From contig WRIX01000001.1 in assembly GCA_009782495.1 (NCBI GenBank), positions 4,583 to 68,582 on the forward strand: a stretch of DNA of 64,000 bases. The letters run 5' to 3'. The stretch comes from Treponema sp. Lineage in GTDB: Bacteria; Spirochaetota; Spirochaetia; Treponematales; Breznakiellaceae. This document shows, in pieces, positions 43,375 through 53,475 of the stretch. The position numbers were made by a program, and so were the translations under genes. The notes beneath the pieces were generated by a model. The model was not told where the DNA came from and did not search any database. It worked only from the letters and a program-made list of their open reading frames with translations. Every line of letters begins with the position of its first letter. Within the stretch, counting starts at the first letter, position 1.

Positions 43375-44796
43375 ATGTCACAGTACAGGATTGGCTTATT
43401 CGGGATTGGGCTAGACACTTATTGGGGTCAGTTCGACGGCCTTTTGGACCGGCTTAAAGGCTATCAAAAGATCATCGCCGGAAAGCTTGAAAAATCCGGA
43501 CTGGAAATAATCGACGCAGGTCTTGTAGACAATCCCGATAAAGCACGCGAAGCAGCCGCTCTTTTTGCGGAAAAAAAGGCAGAGGCTGTTTTTCTATATA
43601 TCTCCACCTATGCGCTTTCCCACACGGTTCTTCCGGTGGCTCAAAACCTTAAAGTCCCGGTAATTGTTTTAAACCTTCAGCCTGTTCCGGCTATTGATTA
43701 CGGCAGTTTTAATACATTGGGCGACCGGGGAAAAATGACCGGTGAATGGCTTGCCCATTGTCAGGCCTGTTGTGTTCCCGAAATTGCCAATGTGTTTAAC
43801 AATGCAGATCTTAATTATGATATAGTAACCGGCTGGCTCCAGGACGAAGAAGCCTGGAAGGAAATTGATGACTGGTGTGCCGCTATACACACAAAAGCCA
43901 AACTAAGGGATACACGAATCGGCATTCTGGGTCACTATTACTGCGGTATGCTTGATGTTTATACCGATGTAACCCGCCTTGCCGCCGTTTTTGGAAATCA
44001 CTTTGAACTTCTGGAAATTGATGAACTTAAATCTCTGCGGGATGAAATAAGCGCTCAGCACATCAAAGAAAAACGGCAGCAATTTGAAAAAGAATTTGCC
44101 GTTTCCCCTGAATGTGAAGAAACTGAACTGGTCAGGGCCGCTCTGACTTCCTGTGCTTTGGATGCACTTGTTGAAAAGAAACGGCTTGGTGCAATGGCTT
44201 ATTATTACGAAGGCTGGGCGGGGAACGATCATGAAAACATCGTCAGCTCGGTAATTGCAGGTAACACCCTGCTTACGGCTCACGAAGTGCCTGTAGCCGG
44301 TGAATGTGAAGTAAAAAATGTTGTGGCCATGAAAATCATGGACATCATGGGAGCCGGCGGCTCTTTTTCCGAATTCTATGCAATGGATTTTAACGACGAT
44401 GTAGTATTGTGGGGGCACGACGGCCCGGCTCATGCGGCCATTGCCGAAGGAAAAGTTGCTCTTGTACCTCTGCCTGTTTACCACGGCAAACCTGGGAAAG
44501 GCCTTTCAATTCAAATGAGTGTAAAGAACGGGCCTGTAACTTTATTGGCAGTTGTTCAGGGAAAGGGCGGTTCTACTTCCTTTCTCTGTGCCGAAGGTCA
44601 GTCGGTGCCGGGACCGGTATTGCAGATTGGAAATACCAACAGCCGGTACCGATTTGGTATTGGGGCAAAGGAATTTGTAAACCGCTGGTCCAAAGCAGGT
44701 CCTGCCCATCACAGCGCCATTGGTGTTGGTTATCTGGCAGGCAAACTGGAAAAGCTGGGGAAACTGCTGGGGATTCCTGTCGTGCGGATTTGTTAA
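43375..44796 (+). CDS. L-arabinose/L-fucose isomerase-like sugar isomerase
   Basis: ATG 43375 (MSQYRIGLFGIGLDTYWGQF). The track ORF from 42922 overlaps the AraC gene. Family assignment is from N-terminal similarity as recalled. Confidence 0.55.
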   Translation: MSQYRIGLFGIGLDTYWGQFDGLLDRLKGYQKIIAGKLEKSGLEIIDAGLVDNPDKAREAAALFAEKKAEAVFLYISTYALSHTVLPVAQNLKVPVIVLNLQPVPAIDYGSFNTLGDRGKMTGEWLAHCQACCVPEIANVFNNADLNYDIVTGWLQDEEAWKEIDDWCAAIHTKAKLRDTRIGILGHYYCGMLDVYTDVTRLAAVFGNHFELLEIDELKSLRDEISAQHIKEKRQQFEKEFAVSPECEETELVRAALTSCALDALVEKKRLGAMAYYYEGWAGNDHENIVSSVIAGNTLLTAHEVPVAGECEVKNVVAMKIMDIMGAGGSFSEFYAMDFNDDVVLWGHDGPAHAAIAEGKVALVPLPVYHGKPGKGLSIQMSVKNGPVTLLAVVQGKGGSTSFLCAEGQSVPGPVLQIGNTNSRYRFGIGAKEFVNRWSKAGPAHHSAIGVGYLAGKLEKLGKLLGIPVVRIC

Positions 44797-44807
44797 AGAG
44801 GTAATGC

Positions 44808-46298
44808 ATGGCAAATTTTGTTCTTGAACTGAAGAATATATCAAAGACCTTTCCGGGCGTTAAAGCCTTAAGCGATGTTCACTATGAATTAAAACCAGGC
44901 GAAATACATGCGCTGATGGGAGAAAACGGCGCCGGTAAATCAACCTTTATAAAGATCATCACCGGCGTTTACAGCCCGGACAGCGGAGAAATCCTTGTAG
45001 ACGGAAAAAAGGTAACCATAACGACACCGCCGGATGCCCAGGCTCTGGGGATTGCCGCGATTTACCAGCATGTTACCTGCTTTCCCGATCTTTCTGTGGC
45101 GGAAAATATTTTTATGGGTCATGAGCAAACCGCTTCTGCCGTAAAACGCGTTGATTGGAAGACAATGAACAGAAAGGCCCAGGAGCTGCTTGATCAGCTG
45201 GATGCGAGTTTTGATGCACGTACCATTATGGGTTCATTGTCGGTTGCCCGGCAGCAGATTGTAGAAATTGCAAAAGCCCTTTCGGTTAATGCACGGATAA
45301 TCATTATGGATGAACCTACGGCGGCCCTTTCCGCCCGGGAATGTGAAGACCTTTACAGAATTACCAAAGGCCTTAAGGCAAAAGGCAACTCGGTTATTTT
45401 TATTTCCCATCGTTTTGAGGATATGTACAAGCTTGCAGACCGTGTAACGGTATTCCGTGACGGTAATTATGTAAATACATGGAATGTTTCCGAAGTGGAC
45501 GATCACAAAATGGTTGTCGCTATGGTGGGCCGGGAAATAAACCAGTTTTTTCCCAAACGGAACACTGTGCCGGGAGAAGAAATTTTCCGCGTGGAAGGTC
45601 TTTCCCGTACAGGCTTCTTTCGGGACGTGAACTTTACGGTAAGAAAAGGGGAGATCCTCGCCCTGACAGGGCTGGTAGGAGCGGGACGGACCGAAGTATG
45701 TGAGGCGATTTTTGGAATCAGTCCTTACGATTCGGGAACGATCACGCTGGATGGGCAGCCGCTTTATCATCCCAGGCCGTCGGAAGCGCTGGACAAGGGT
45801 ATTGGCTATCTGCCGGAAGACCGCCTTAAACAAGGCCTGATAATGCGCTGGGAAATCGCAAAGAACATAACGCTGCCGGCGCTTGAACGTTTTTTGAATT
45901 ATTATTTAATAAACCGTAAACAGGAAAACGAAACAGCGCGGGATTTATCGGAAAAACTCGGCGTAAAAGCGCAAACCGTTCACGATAAAGTGTCTACACT
46001 TTCCGGCGGAAATCAGCAGAAGGTAATAGTAGCCAAACTCCTTACTTCGGACATGAAAATTATTATTCTGGACGAACCTACAAAAGGTGTCGATGTCGGG
46101 GCAAAAACGGCGATTTATTCAATCATGAACGATCTTGTTAATGCGGGGTACGGTATTGTTATGGTGTCTTCGGAAATGCCTGAGGTTTTGGGAATGAGCG
46201 ACCGTATTGTGGTAATGCGTGACGGTAAAGTGTCGGCAGCTTTTGAAACCAAAGGAACCACCCAGGAACAAATTCTTCGTGCGGCCATACGGGAGTAG
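44808..46298 (+). CDS. Sugar ABC transporter ATP-binding protein with two NBDs (RbsA/RhaT-like)
   Basis: GENGAGKST Walker A, LSVARQQ/LSGGNQQK signature motifs, IIIMDEPT/IIILDEPT Walker B. Confidence 0.92.
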   Translation: MANFVLELKNISKTFPGVKALSDVHYELKPGEIHALMGENGAGKSTFIKIITGVYSPDSGEILVDGKKVTITTPPDAQALGIAAIYQHVTCFPDLSVAENIFMGHEQTASAVKRVDWKTMNRKAQELLDQLDASFDARTIMGSLSVARQQIVEIAKALSVNARIIIMDEPTAALSARECEDLYRITKGLKAKGNSVIFISHRFEDMYKLADRVTVFRDGNYVNTWNVSEVDDHKMVVAMVGREINQFFPKRNTVPGEEIFRVEGLSRTGFFRDVNFTVRKGEILALTGLVGAGRTEVCEAIFGISPYDSGTITLDGQPLYHPRPSEALDKGIGYLPEDRLKQGLIMRWEIAKNITLPALERFLNYYLINRKQENETARDLSEKLGVKAQTVHDKVSTLSGGNQQKVIVAKLLTSDMKIIILDEPTKGVDVGAKTAIYSIMNDLVNAGYGIVMVSSEMPEVLGMSDRIVVMRDGKVSAAFETKGTTQEQILRAAIRE

Positions 46299-46300
46299 TT

Positions 46301-47290
46301 ATGTTGTTAAAGAAGATTTCATCCGGTGAAAAATTCAGGGATTTGGGACTGGTCTTTTTTATTATCCTGGTAAGTATAATCATCCAGTTCCGCAACCATG
46401 AATTCCTTACTCCCGGCAATATCAATAATATTCTTACCAATACGGCGATACTCAGCATTCTTTCGGTAGGAATGATGATGGTTCTTTTAACAGGCGGTAT
46501 TGATCTTTCCGTAGGGGCTACCATCGCCTTTTCCGGTATGGTAACAGCCCTGACGGTAAGAGAAAAAGTTCCTTTGCCGGTACCGCTGCTTATTGTCGAA
46601 AGCATTGCCATTGGAGCTGTTCTGGGTCTTATTATCGGAACCCTTGTTGCCCGGTTTTCCATACTGCCGATTATTGCCAGCCTGGGAATGATGAACGTGA
46701 TTCGGGGTTTTACCTACCTTGTCAGTAAGGGCGCCTGGGTCAGCGCCTACCAGATGAGCTCTGAATTTAAAGCATTGGGCACGGGAAAAATCTTCGGCGT
46801 AAACAACCTTATAGTTTTTGCAGTTGTGATCTACATCGCATTTTATTACTTTATCAACTTTACCAGAACCGGCCGCCGTATTTATGCCGTTGGTTCAAAT
46901 CCCGAAGCGGCGGAAGTAATTGGTCTTCCGCGGAAACGGATTGTTACGCTTGTTTATGTTTTAATGGGCGCCCTGTCGGGCTTGGCAGGCGTACTTTGGG
47001 TCAGCAAGTTTGCTTCCGCACAGGGAGATACCGCAGTTGGTTATGAATTAAACGTAATTGCTTCCTGCGTACTTGGCGGGGTGAGTGTTTCGGGAGGCCG
47101 CGGTAAAGTATCGGGCCTTATCCTGGGCGTAATTCTTTTTGGCATACTGGCCAATGCTTTACCTTTGATAAGAGTTTCTCCGTTCTGGCAGCAGGCGATT
47201 CAGGGCTTTGTGATTCTGGCGGCAATCATTACCAATGTGATGATAAAACGAAACAACGACCGGCTTACCCTGCGGAAACGGGCCATATAG
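46301..47290 (+). CDS. Sugar ABC transporter permease (RbsC/RhaP-like)
   Basis: Polytopic protein. GGIDLSVGA and VLGGVSVSGGRG motifs. Confidence 0.88.
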   Translation: MLLKKISSGEKFRDLGLVFFIILVSIIIQFRNHEFLTPGNINNILTNTAILSILSVGMMMVLLTGGIDLSVGATIAFSGMVTALTVREKVPLPVPLLIVESIAIGAVLGLIIGTLVARFSILPIIASLGMMNVIRGFTYLVSKGAWVSAYQMSSEFKALGTGKIFGVNNLIVFAVVIYIAFYYFINFTRTGRRIYAVGSNPEAAEVIGLPRKRIVTLVYVLMGALSGLAGVLWVSKFASAQGDTAVGYELNVIASCVLGGVSVSGGRGKVSGLILGVILFGILANALPLIRVSPFWQQAIQGFVILAAIITNVMIKRNNDRLTLRKRAI

Positions 47291-47299
47291 GAGCGGAAT

Positions 47300-48286
47300 A
47301 TGAGCAAGATTATTAGCGCTACATCAAGCTGGAATACCCGGAAATTTTTCTTTCAGTGGGAATGGCTTCTGGTTGCGATCTTTATGGTGATTCACCTGAT
47401 CAACAGTTTGATTTCTCCCTGGTATTTTAATGTTAATACATTTTTAACCGCTCCCATGAGTTTTTTGGACAAGGCTTTTATTGTTCTTCCCATGATGCTG
47501 GTAATCATTCTGGGTAATATTGATATTTCTGTAGCATCCATTGTTGCGCTTACTTCGGTACTGATGGCGGTGATTTTTAATGCGGGAATCCCGATGGCAT
47601 TGGCTCTTGTTTTGGCCCTTTTTATCGGTACGGCTCTGGGAGGAATAAACGGACTTTTACTTGTCAAATTCAAAGAACTTCCTGCAATGATCGTAACATT
47701 GGCAACCATGACAATTTACCGCGGTGTTGCGTATGTAATTATGGAAGACAGGGCAGCCGGCGGTTTTCCTTCCTGGTTTTCCTTTTTTGCCTGGGGTCAT
47801 GTCGGCCCCTTCCCCTTTATAATGGTTGTTTTTGCAGCCGCGGCTGTTGCTTTTGGCATCCTGCTTCACAAGACGGGGTTTGGGCGGATCATCTACGGTA
47901 TGGGAAGCAATCTTACAGCCTGCAAGTATTCAGGAGTAAAAACAGATCGGGTTTTTCTTGTTGTAGGTTTCCTTACCGGGTTGATGTCTGCGGTGTGCGC
48001 TGTTTTTCTTACTTCCCGAATGGGAAGTACAAGACCCAATGTTGCCCTTGGCTATGAACTGGATGTTATTGCTATGGTGGTTCTTGGCGGGGTCAGCACT
48101 TCCGGAGGTACGGGCCGTATTGCAGGCCCTCTTCTTGCAGTTTTTATTATCGGCTTTCTTAATTATGGTCTTGGGCTGATCAATGTTTCTGCACAGGTGC
48201 TGCTAATTATTTTGGGTCTTCTTTTGGTTCTTTCGGTTCTGGCGATGAATTTAAGAACAATCAAAAGGGTAAATAAATCCGCATAG
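47300..48286 (+). CDS. Sugar ABC transporter permease (RbsC/RhaQ-like)
   Basis: Polytopic protein. NIDISVAS and VLGGVSTSGGTG motifs. Confidence 0.88.
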   Translation: MSKIISATSSWNTRKFFFQWEWLLVAIFMVIHLINSLISPWYFNVNTFLTAPMSFLDKAFIVLPMMLVIILGNIDISVASIVALTSVLMAVIFNAGIPMALALVLALFIGTALGGINGLLLVKFKELPAMIVTLATMTIYRGVAYVIMEDRAAGGFPSWFSFFAWGHVGPFPFIMVVFAAAAVAFGILLHKTGFGRIIYGMGSNLTACKYSGVKTDRVFLVVGFLTGLMSAVCAVFLTSRMGSTRPNVALGYELDVIAMVVLGGVSTSGGTGRIAGPLLAVFIIGFLNYGLGLINVSAQVLLIILGLLLVLSVLAMNLRTIKRVNKSA

Positions 48287-48298
48287 GCGGATTTTATT
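48275..48298 (+). promoter_or_regulatory. Intercistronic hairpin enclosing the permease stop codon
   Basis: AAATCCGC-ATAG-GCGGATTT (48275-48294) followed by TATT. The TAG stop sits in the loop. Possible weak terminator or mRNA-stability element before the binding-protein gene. Confidence 0.4.
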
Positions 48299-48325
48299 AA
48301 TAACAAGTTTTGTCAGGAGGAAAAG

Positions 48326-49360
48326 ATGAGACTAGCAAAGAAAGCGTTAGTGCTTTTATTGGTACTGGCTGCGGCTCTGGCTGTAGTATCCTGCGGCGGC
48401 GGCGGCAGCAGCGGCGGCGGAGCAGCCAGTAATACCCATGCCATGGTATTCAAGAATACCGGTAACCCTTACGGTGAACGGCAAATGGGCGGCTTTGAGG
48501 ATGGCATTAAAGAGCAGGGCGGAACCGCAATACTCCGTGCACCGGATCAACCCACGGCAGAAGCTCAAATCCAGATTATTGAACAGCTTATTGCCCAGAA
48601 AGTCGCTTCGATTTGTATTGTAGGCAACGATTACGATGCACTTCAGCCTGTTCTTACCAAAGCAATACAGGCAGGGATCAAAGTATACTCCCTGGATTCT
48701 TCGGTAAACCCTGCCAGCCGTGCAACCCATGTGAATCAGGCTGATACCATTGCTATCGGCGAAACCCTTGTTGAAGCGGCTTTTGATCAGGCCGGCGGCA
48801 GCGGAGAAATTGCAATCCTTTCAGCAACCAGCCAGGCTTCGAACCAGAATGCATGGATTGCAGTAATGCAGGAAACCCTGAAACAACCCAAGTATGCAAA
48901 CCTTGACCTTGTAAAGATTGCCTATGGTGATGATCTTCGGGATAAATCAACTTCCGAAACCGAAGCGCTTCTTTTAAGCTATCCCAACCTTAAGGTTATT
49001 GTCGCTCCTACCACAGTAGGTATTGCTGCCGCATCAAAAGTAATTACCGACAAAGGTCTTATTGGAACAGTTAAAGTAACCGGTCTTGGACTTCCTTCGG
49101 AAATGGCTGAATACATCGATAACGGCGCATGCCCCTATATGTTCCTGTGGAATCCCATTGATGTAGGGTACCTTGGTTCCTATACGGCAACAGCGCTGAC
49201 TGCCGGAGAGATCACCGGTGCAGTGGGTGACAGTTACAACGCCGGACGGCTGGGACGTTATACCATTACCCAGGCCGGTGACGGCGGAACCGAAGTCCTT
49301 CTTGGCCCTCCGTTTAAATTTGAACCTTCCAACATCAATGACTGGAAGAATGTTTATTAA
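48326..49360 (+). CDS. Periplasmic sugar-binding lipoprotein (RhaS/LsrB-like)
   Basis: Lipobox VVSCGGG. Periplasmic-binding-protein type I pattern. Lies in the rhamnose cluster. Confidence 0.85.
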   Translation: MRLAKKALVLLLVLAAALAVVSCGGGGSSGGGAASNTHAMVFKNTGNPYGERQMGGFEDGIKEQGGTAILRAPDQPTAEAQIQIIEQLIAQKVASICIVGNDYDALQPVLTKAIQAGIKVYSLDSSVNPASRATHVNQADTIAIGETLVEAAFDQAGGSGEIAILSATSQASNQNAWIAVMQETLKQPKYANLDLVKIAYGDDLRDKSTSETEALLLSYPNLKVIVAPTTVGIAAASKVITDKGLIGTVKVTGLGLPSEMAEYIDNGACPYMFLWNPIDVGYLGSYTATALTAGEITGAVGDSYNAGRLGRYTITQAGDGGTEVLLGPPFKFEPSNINDWKNVY

Positions 49361-49377
49361 AAAACAATAACGTAATG

Positions 49378-49413
49378 GCTCCCGCTGTATTGGCGGGGGT
49401 CATTTTGTTTTCC
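49378..49413 (+). terminator. Rho-independent terminator
   Basis: GCTCCCGC-TGTATTG-GCGGGGGT stem followed by CATTTTGTTTT. Confidence 0.7.
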
Positions 49414-49441
49414 GGTTTATTATACCTTGCAGGAGCTTGTA

Positions 49442-49756
49442 ATGAAACGAAATGCCTTTGTTATGCATTTACATCCGGGCTGTGAAGCGGAATACAAAAA
49501 ACGGCACGACGAAATATGGCCGGAGTTAAAAGATGAACTCCGTAAAGCAGGAGTTTCGGATTATACTATTTATCTGGACAGAAAAACAAATACACTTTTT
49601 GCTTTTCAGCGTTTGGCAGACGATGCTGCCGACGGAGAATTGGCCGGAAAAGAAATAGTAAAAAAATGGTGGCATAAGATGAAGGATATTATGGATTCCA
49701 ACCCGGATGAATCTCCGGTTTGTGATGATCTTGCCGAAATGTTTCACATGGATTAA
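49442..49756 (+). CDS. rhaM: L-rhamnose mutarotase
   Basis: MKRNAFVMHLHPGCEAEYKKRHDEIWPEL. 104 aa from ATG 49442. Confidence 0.9.
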   Translation: MKRNAFVMHLHPGCEAEYKKRHDEIWPELKDELRKAGVSDYTIYLDRKTNTLFAFQRLADDAADGELAGKEIVKKWWHKMKDIMDSNPDESPVCDDLAEMFHMD

Positions 49757-49760
49757 ATCA

Positions 49761-50870
49761 ATGAATAATGATGCCCTGGAACAATTAGCCGCAATTTCGC
49801 GGCATTACGGCGCCGATCCGGACTATGTAATAGCAGGCGGCGGTAATACATCATTTAAAAATAAAACCACACTCTGGATAAAAGGTTCCGGTGTTTCCCT
49901 TGGAGAGATTACTCCGGCCGGGTTTGTCGCCATGGATCGGGCAAAGCTTGCCTCTCTTTGGGGTATAGCCCCAACTAACGGTGGATCAGTCGATGCCGGT
50001 ACGGCGGCATTGCGGGAAAAAGCTGTGCTGGAAGGATTAATGGCCGCCCGTCTTCCCGGCGAAGAACAAAAAAGGCCCAGTGTGGAAACACTGCTTCACG
50101 ATATACTGCCCTTTAATTATGTGGTACATACCCATCCTGCTTTGGTAAACGGACTTACCTGTTCCCGGGATGCGGATAAGGCCGCACGCTCTCTTTTTGG
50201 CGAAGATGTAGTGTGGATTCCCATTTCCGATCCGGGTTTTGTTCTGGCAAATGAAGTACGAAACAGAATTGCGGACAGAAAAGCGCCATCTTTCTTCTTT
50301 TTACAAAATCATGGTGTTTTTGCCGGCGCCGATACCCCGGAAGAAATAAAACCACTGTATAAAAAAATCATGGACACGATTAATTCGCGAATTAATCGAA
50401 AGCCCGATATGGAAGGAGTAAGTTGTTCTTTTGACGGTGAGGCAATGTTACAATTACAGAAATTATCCGGTGGAATTGTACGATTTACACGGAACAATGA
50501 AATCGCAGCTTTGGTAAAAAGCAGGGAAGCCTTTGCTCCGGCAGCATCGGCTTTTACCCCGGATCATATTGTGTATGCAGGAAGTGATCCTCTTTTTATA
50601 GAAAAAGAAAAAAATACAGAAGCGGCCTGGAATGCCCATATTGAAAAAATCGGCCGCCCTCCAAAAATCGTTGCTCTGGAAGGGGAAGGGATTTTTGGTA
50701 TAGGCCAGTCGGAAAAAGCTGCAGGTTTGGCGCTTGAGCTTTTTAACGATCTGGTAAAAGTGGCTGTTTATGCGGAGAGTTTTGGCGGTTACCGTTTTAT
50801 GACAGCGGAAAAAATCGCCTTTATTAATAACTGGGAAGCGGAACAGTACCGGTCTAATTTGGCAAAATAA
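49761..50870 (+). CDS. Class II aldolase-like half of rhamnulose-1-phosphate aldolase/lactaldehyde dehydrogenase (RhaEW/YuxG N-terminal part)
   Basis: ISRHYGADPDYVIAGGGNTSFK and HTHPALVNGL. ATG 49761. Confidence 0.7.
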   Translation: MNNDALEQLAAISRHYGADPDYVIAGGGNTSFKNKTTLWIKGSGVSLGEITPAGFVAMDRAKLASLWGIAPTNGGSVDAGTAALREKAVLEGLMAARLPGEEQKRPSVETLLHDILPFNYVVHTHPALVNGLTCSRDADKAARSLFGEDVVWIPISDPGFVLANEVRNRIADRKAPSFFFLQNHGVFAGADTPEEIKPLYKKIMDTINSRINRKPDMEGVSCSFDGEAMLQLQKLSGGIVRFTRNNEIAALVKSREAFAPAASAFTPDHIVYAGSDPLFIEKEKNTEAAWNAHIEKIGRPPKIVALEGEGIFGIGQSEKAAGLALELFNDLVKVAVYAESFGGYRFMTAEKIAFINNWEAEQYRSNLAK

Positions 50871-50902
50871 TTTAATAACATACAGAAGCAGGAGGAAAAT
50901 AT

Positions 50903-52198
50903 ATGAAGACAACCTTTACCAAAAACCCGGATGCAGCAGGTCAGTTGGTTGAAAAAGCTTACGAAATTGCAAAAGAAGCTTATGCTGCTTTGGGAGTATC
51001 TTCAGATAAAGCTATTAAAGACGTTCTTGCCATTCCCATTTCGATTCACTGTTGGCAGGGAGATGATGTGGTTGGTTTTGAAGGAGCCGATACCCTGTCG
51101 GGGGGAGGGATCCTTACTACCGGAAATTATCCGGGCAGGGCAAGGAACGGCAACGAGCTTCGTTCCGATGCGGAGTTTGCCTTTTCCCTGATTCCGGGAA
51201 AGAAGCGTTTCAGCCTTCATTCGTTTTATGCAGAGACAAACGGAAAAAAAGTGGGCCGCAACGAAATACAACCGGAACATTTTTCCGCCTGGATGAACTG
51301 GTCCAAAAAGAAAAAAATTCATCTGGATTTTAATCCTTCGCTTTTTGCGCATCCCATGGCCGATTCAGGATATACAATTGCAAGCGCAGATCCAAAGATC
51401 AGAAAATTCTGGATCGATCATCTTAAAGCCTGCCGCCGTATAGCAAGCGCCTTTGGTCAAAACCAGGGCAGTCCGGCCGTAGACAATATCTGGATAGCCG
51501 ATGGTTCAAAAGATTATCCTGCCGACAGGCTTTCTCCCCGGCAGAGACTCCGCGATGCCCTGGATGAAATACTTTCGGTAAAGTATCTCAAAGAAACCAT
51601 TACCGACACTGTTGAATCAAAACTTTTTGGAATCGGCAGCGAAGCTTATGTTGTAGGTTCGCATGAATTCTATATGGGTTATGCCACGCAAAAACAGATC
51701 AAACTCTGTCTGGATACCGGGCATTTTCATCCAAGCGAAACAATTGCCGATAAGATCAGCGCCATGCTGCTTTTTGTGCCGGGTCTCCTGATTCACTTCA
51801 GCCGCGGCCTGCGCTGGGATTCGGATCATGTGGCAGTTTTTTCGGACGAAATGCGTACCGCCTGTCAGGAGATTAAACGTTCAGGTGAAATTAACAAAAT
51901 TGATTTTGCCCTGGATTACTTTGACGCTTCGATAAACCGTATTGCTGCCTGGGTTATCGGCTCACGAAGCCTGCGAAAGGCTCTGCTGGAAGCGTATCTT
52001 GAACCAACCAGGCTTCTTGTTGATGCTGAAAAGAAGGGGAAGAACCATGAGCGGCTTGCATTGCTTGAAGAATGCAAGACATTGCCCTTCGGCGCTGTAT
52101 GGGATAAACTCTGCCATAACGCCGGATCTCCGGTAAGCACCTCCTGGCTGGCCGATGTAAACAGTTACGAGGAAAAGGTCTTAAGCCAACGTAAATAA
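50903..52198 (+). CDS. rhaA: L-rhamnose isomerase
   Basis: ISIHCWQGDDVVGFE and overall colinearity with RhaA as recalled. Confidence 0.88.
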   Translation: MKTTFTKNPDAAGQLVEKAYEIAKEAYAALGVSSDKAIKDVLAIPISIHCWQGDDVVGFEGADTLSGGGILTTGNYPGRARNGNELRSDAEFAFSLIPGKKRFSLHSFYAETNGKKVGRNEIQPEHFSAWMNWSKKKKIHLDFNPSLFAHPMADSGYTIASADPKIRKFWIDHLKACRRIASAFGQNQGSPAVDNIWIADGSKDYPADRLSPRQRLRDALDEILSVKYLKETITDTVESKLFGIGSEAYVVGSHEFYMGYATQKQIKLCLDTGHFHPSETIADKISAMLLFVPGLLIHFSRGLRWDSDHVAVFSDEMRTACQEIKRSGEINKIDFALDYFDASINRIAAWVIGSRSLRKALLEAYLEPTRLLVDAEKKGKNHERLALLEECKTLPFGAVWDKLCHNAGSPVSTSWLADVNSYEEKVLSQRK

Positions 52199-52206
52199 TT
52201 CAGGAA

Positions 52207-53472
52207 TTAATGCAGCATTACCTGGCCGCCTGTAACAGGCAACGCCTGGCCTGTTTCGTATTCCTGTTCGACAATATAGTAAATTGCCCGCATTACATCG
52301 GTACCTTCGCAGCCCCGCTTCATGGGAACCTTTGCTTCGTAAAAAGCCTTTACATCCTCAATGGTTCGCGCTCCGGCAACCTTACCTGCCTGAAGGTATT
52401 GCATAAACAGTCCTTTTTCCGGGTCAGACCAAAGCGGGCCGTTAAAAAAATTCCCGGGACAGATAGAATTTACTTTTATGTTGTACTCCATCAACTCCAG
52501 AGCAAAACTGGCGGTAAGTCCGATGCTGCCGAATTTGCTGCCTGCATAAGCGCCGTTTTTGTTGGAACCCTGGAGACCCGATTTGGAATTAATTTGAATT
52601 ATATCGGTCTTCCATCGCGGAGCGCCAAGATGCTGAAGACGAAACAGCCGGCTTGCAAATTTGGTAATGATAAAATATCCCACATAGTTTACTTTTGTAG
52701 TAAACTGAAACGATTGGATTTCCTGATCAATTACACTCCCGGCCTGGAGTACCCCTGCGTTACTGATGCAAAGGTCAAGTCCTCCGGCTTCTTTTGCAAT
52801 TGCGGAAAATAATTCTTCCGCCGATTCTTCGCTGGTAACATCCGCTTTAATGGCAATGGCAGCGGTTCTTTTCTGGGCGTTGTTAATTTTTTTTGCAAGG
52901 TTTTCAGCGCCTTCCAGGTTAAGGTCTGCAATAAAAACCAGCGCCCCCGATGCGGCAAGTCCTATGCTGATCTGCTCGCCGAAACCCTGGGCTCCTCCGG
53001 TAACAACAGCTATTTTGTTTTTTACCACATTGTTCCGGTCCGATGTAGTCAGACCAGGCAAAACTGTTTCGGTGTCCAATGCCGGAGGAAGTATTTCTTC
53101 TATAAATGAATCATCCTGAGCTTCCCGCCGTTTACGAACAGCATCAATGTCCTTGTCAATCCAGAAAACATCCAGGGTTTTTTCACCGCGCTTCAGTGCT
53201 ATGGAAGACGGTTGCTTCTTTACTACTTCACTGGGACCTGTTCCGGAAGGGGACATTTCAAATTCCCAGGCAGCATAAGCTTCACTCAAAGCTTTGGCGG
53301 CAGCAGCCTCATTGAGAATGTTGCCGTCTCCTTCATCATTTTTGAATGAAGACTCCAGATCGATAACAAGAGCATTTTTTGGCACAGGACCGGCACCGGT
53401 CAGAACAATGCGGGGGGCTTTTGCCGCATTGATACAAAGTCCGCGGACAAGCGGGGCTAAAACTGAAATCAT
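52207..53472 (-). CDS. Short-chain dehydrogenase/reductase with ~150-aa N-terminal extension (RhaEW/YuxG C-terminal-like)
   Basis: KIAVVTGGAQGFG (TGxxxGxG), NAG, YAGSKFG (YxxxK). Confidence 0.75.
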   Translation of the reverse strand: MISVLAPLVRGLCINAAKAPRIVLTGAGPVPKNALVIDLESSFKNDEGDGNILNEAAAAKALSEAYAAWEFEMSPSGTGPSEVVKKQPSSIALKRGEKTLDVFWIDKDIDAVRKRREAQDDSFIEEILPPALDTETVLPGLTTSDRNNVVKNKIAVVTGGAQGFGEQISIGLAASGALVFIADLNLEGAENLAKKINNAQKRTAAIAIKADVTSEESAEELFSAIAKEAGGLDLCISNAGVLQAGSVIDQEIQSFQFTTKVNYVGYFIITKFASRLFRLQHLGAPRWKTDIIQINSKSGLQGSNKNGAYAGSKFGSIGLTASFALELMEYNIKVNSICPGNFFNGPLWSDPEKGLFMQYLQAGKVAGARTIEDVKAFYEAKVPMKRGCEGTDVMRAIYYIVEQEYETGQALPVTGGQVMLH

Positions 53473-53475
53473 TTG

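Noticed and set aside
45234-45833. 199-aa minus-strand ORF inside the ABC ATPase gene
   Set aside because: Antisense shadow ORF. The plus strand has Walker A, Walker B and signature motifs.
52210-52812. 200-aa plus-strand ORF antisense to the SDR gene
   Set aside because: No motifs. The minus strand has TGxxxGxG and YxxxK.
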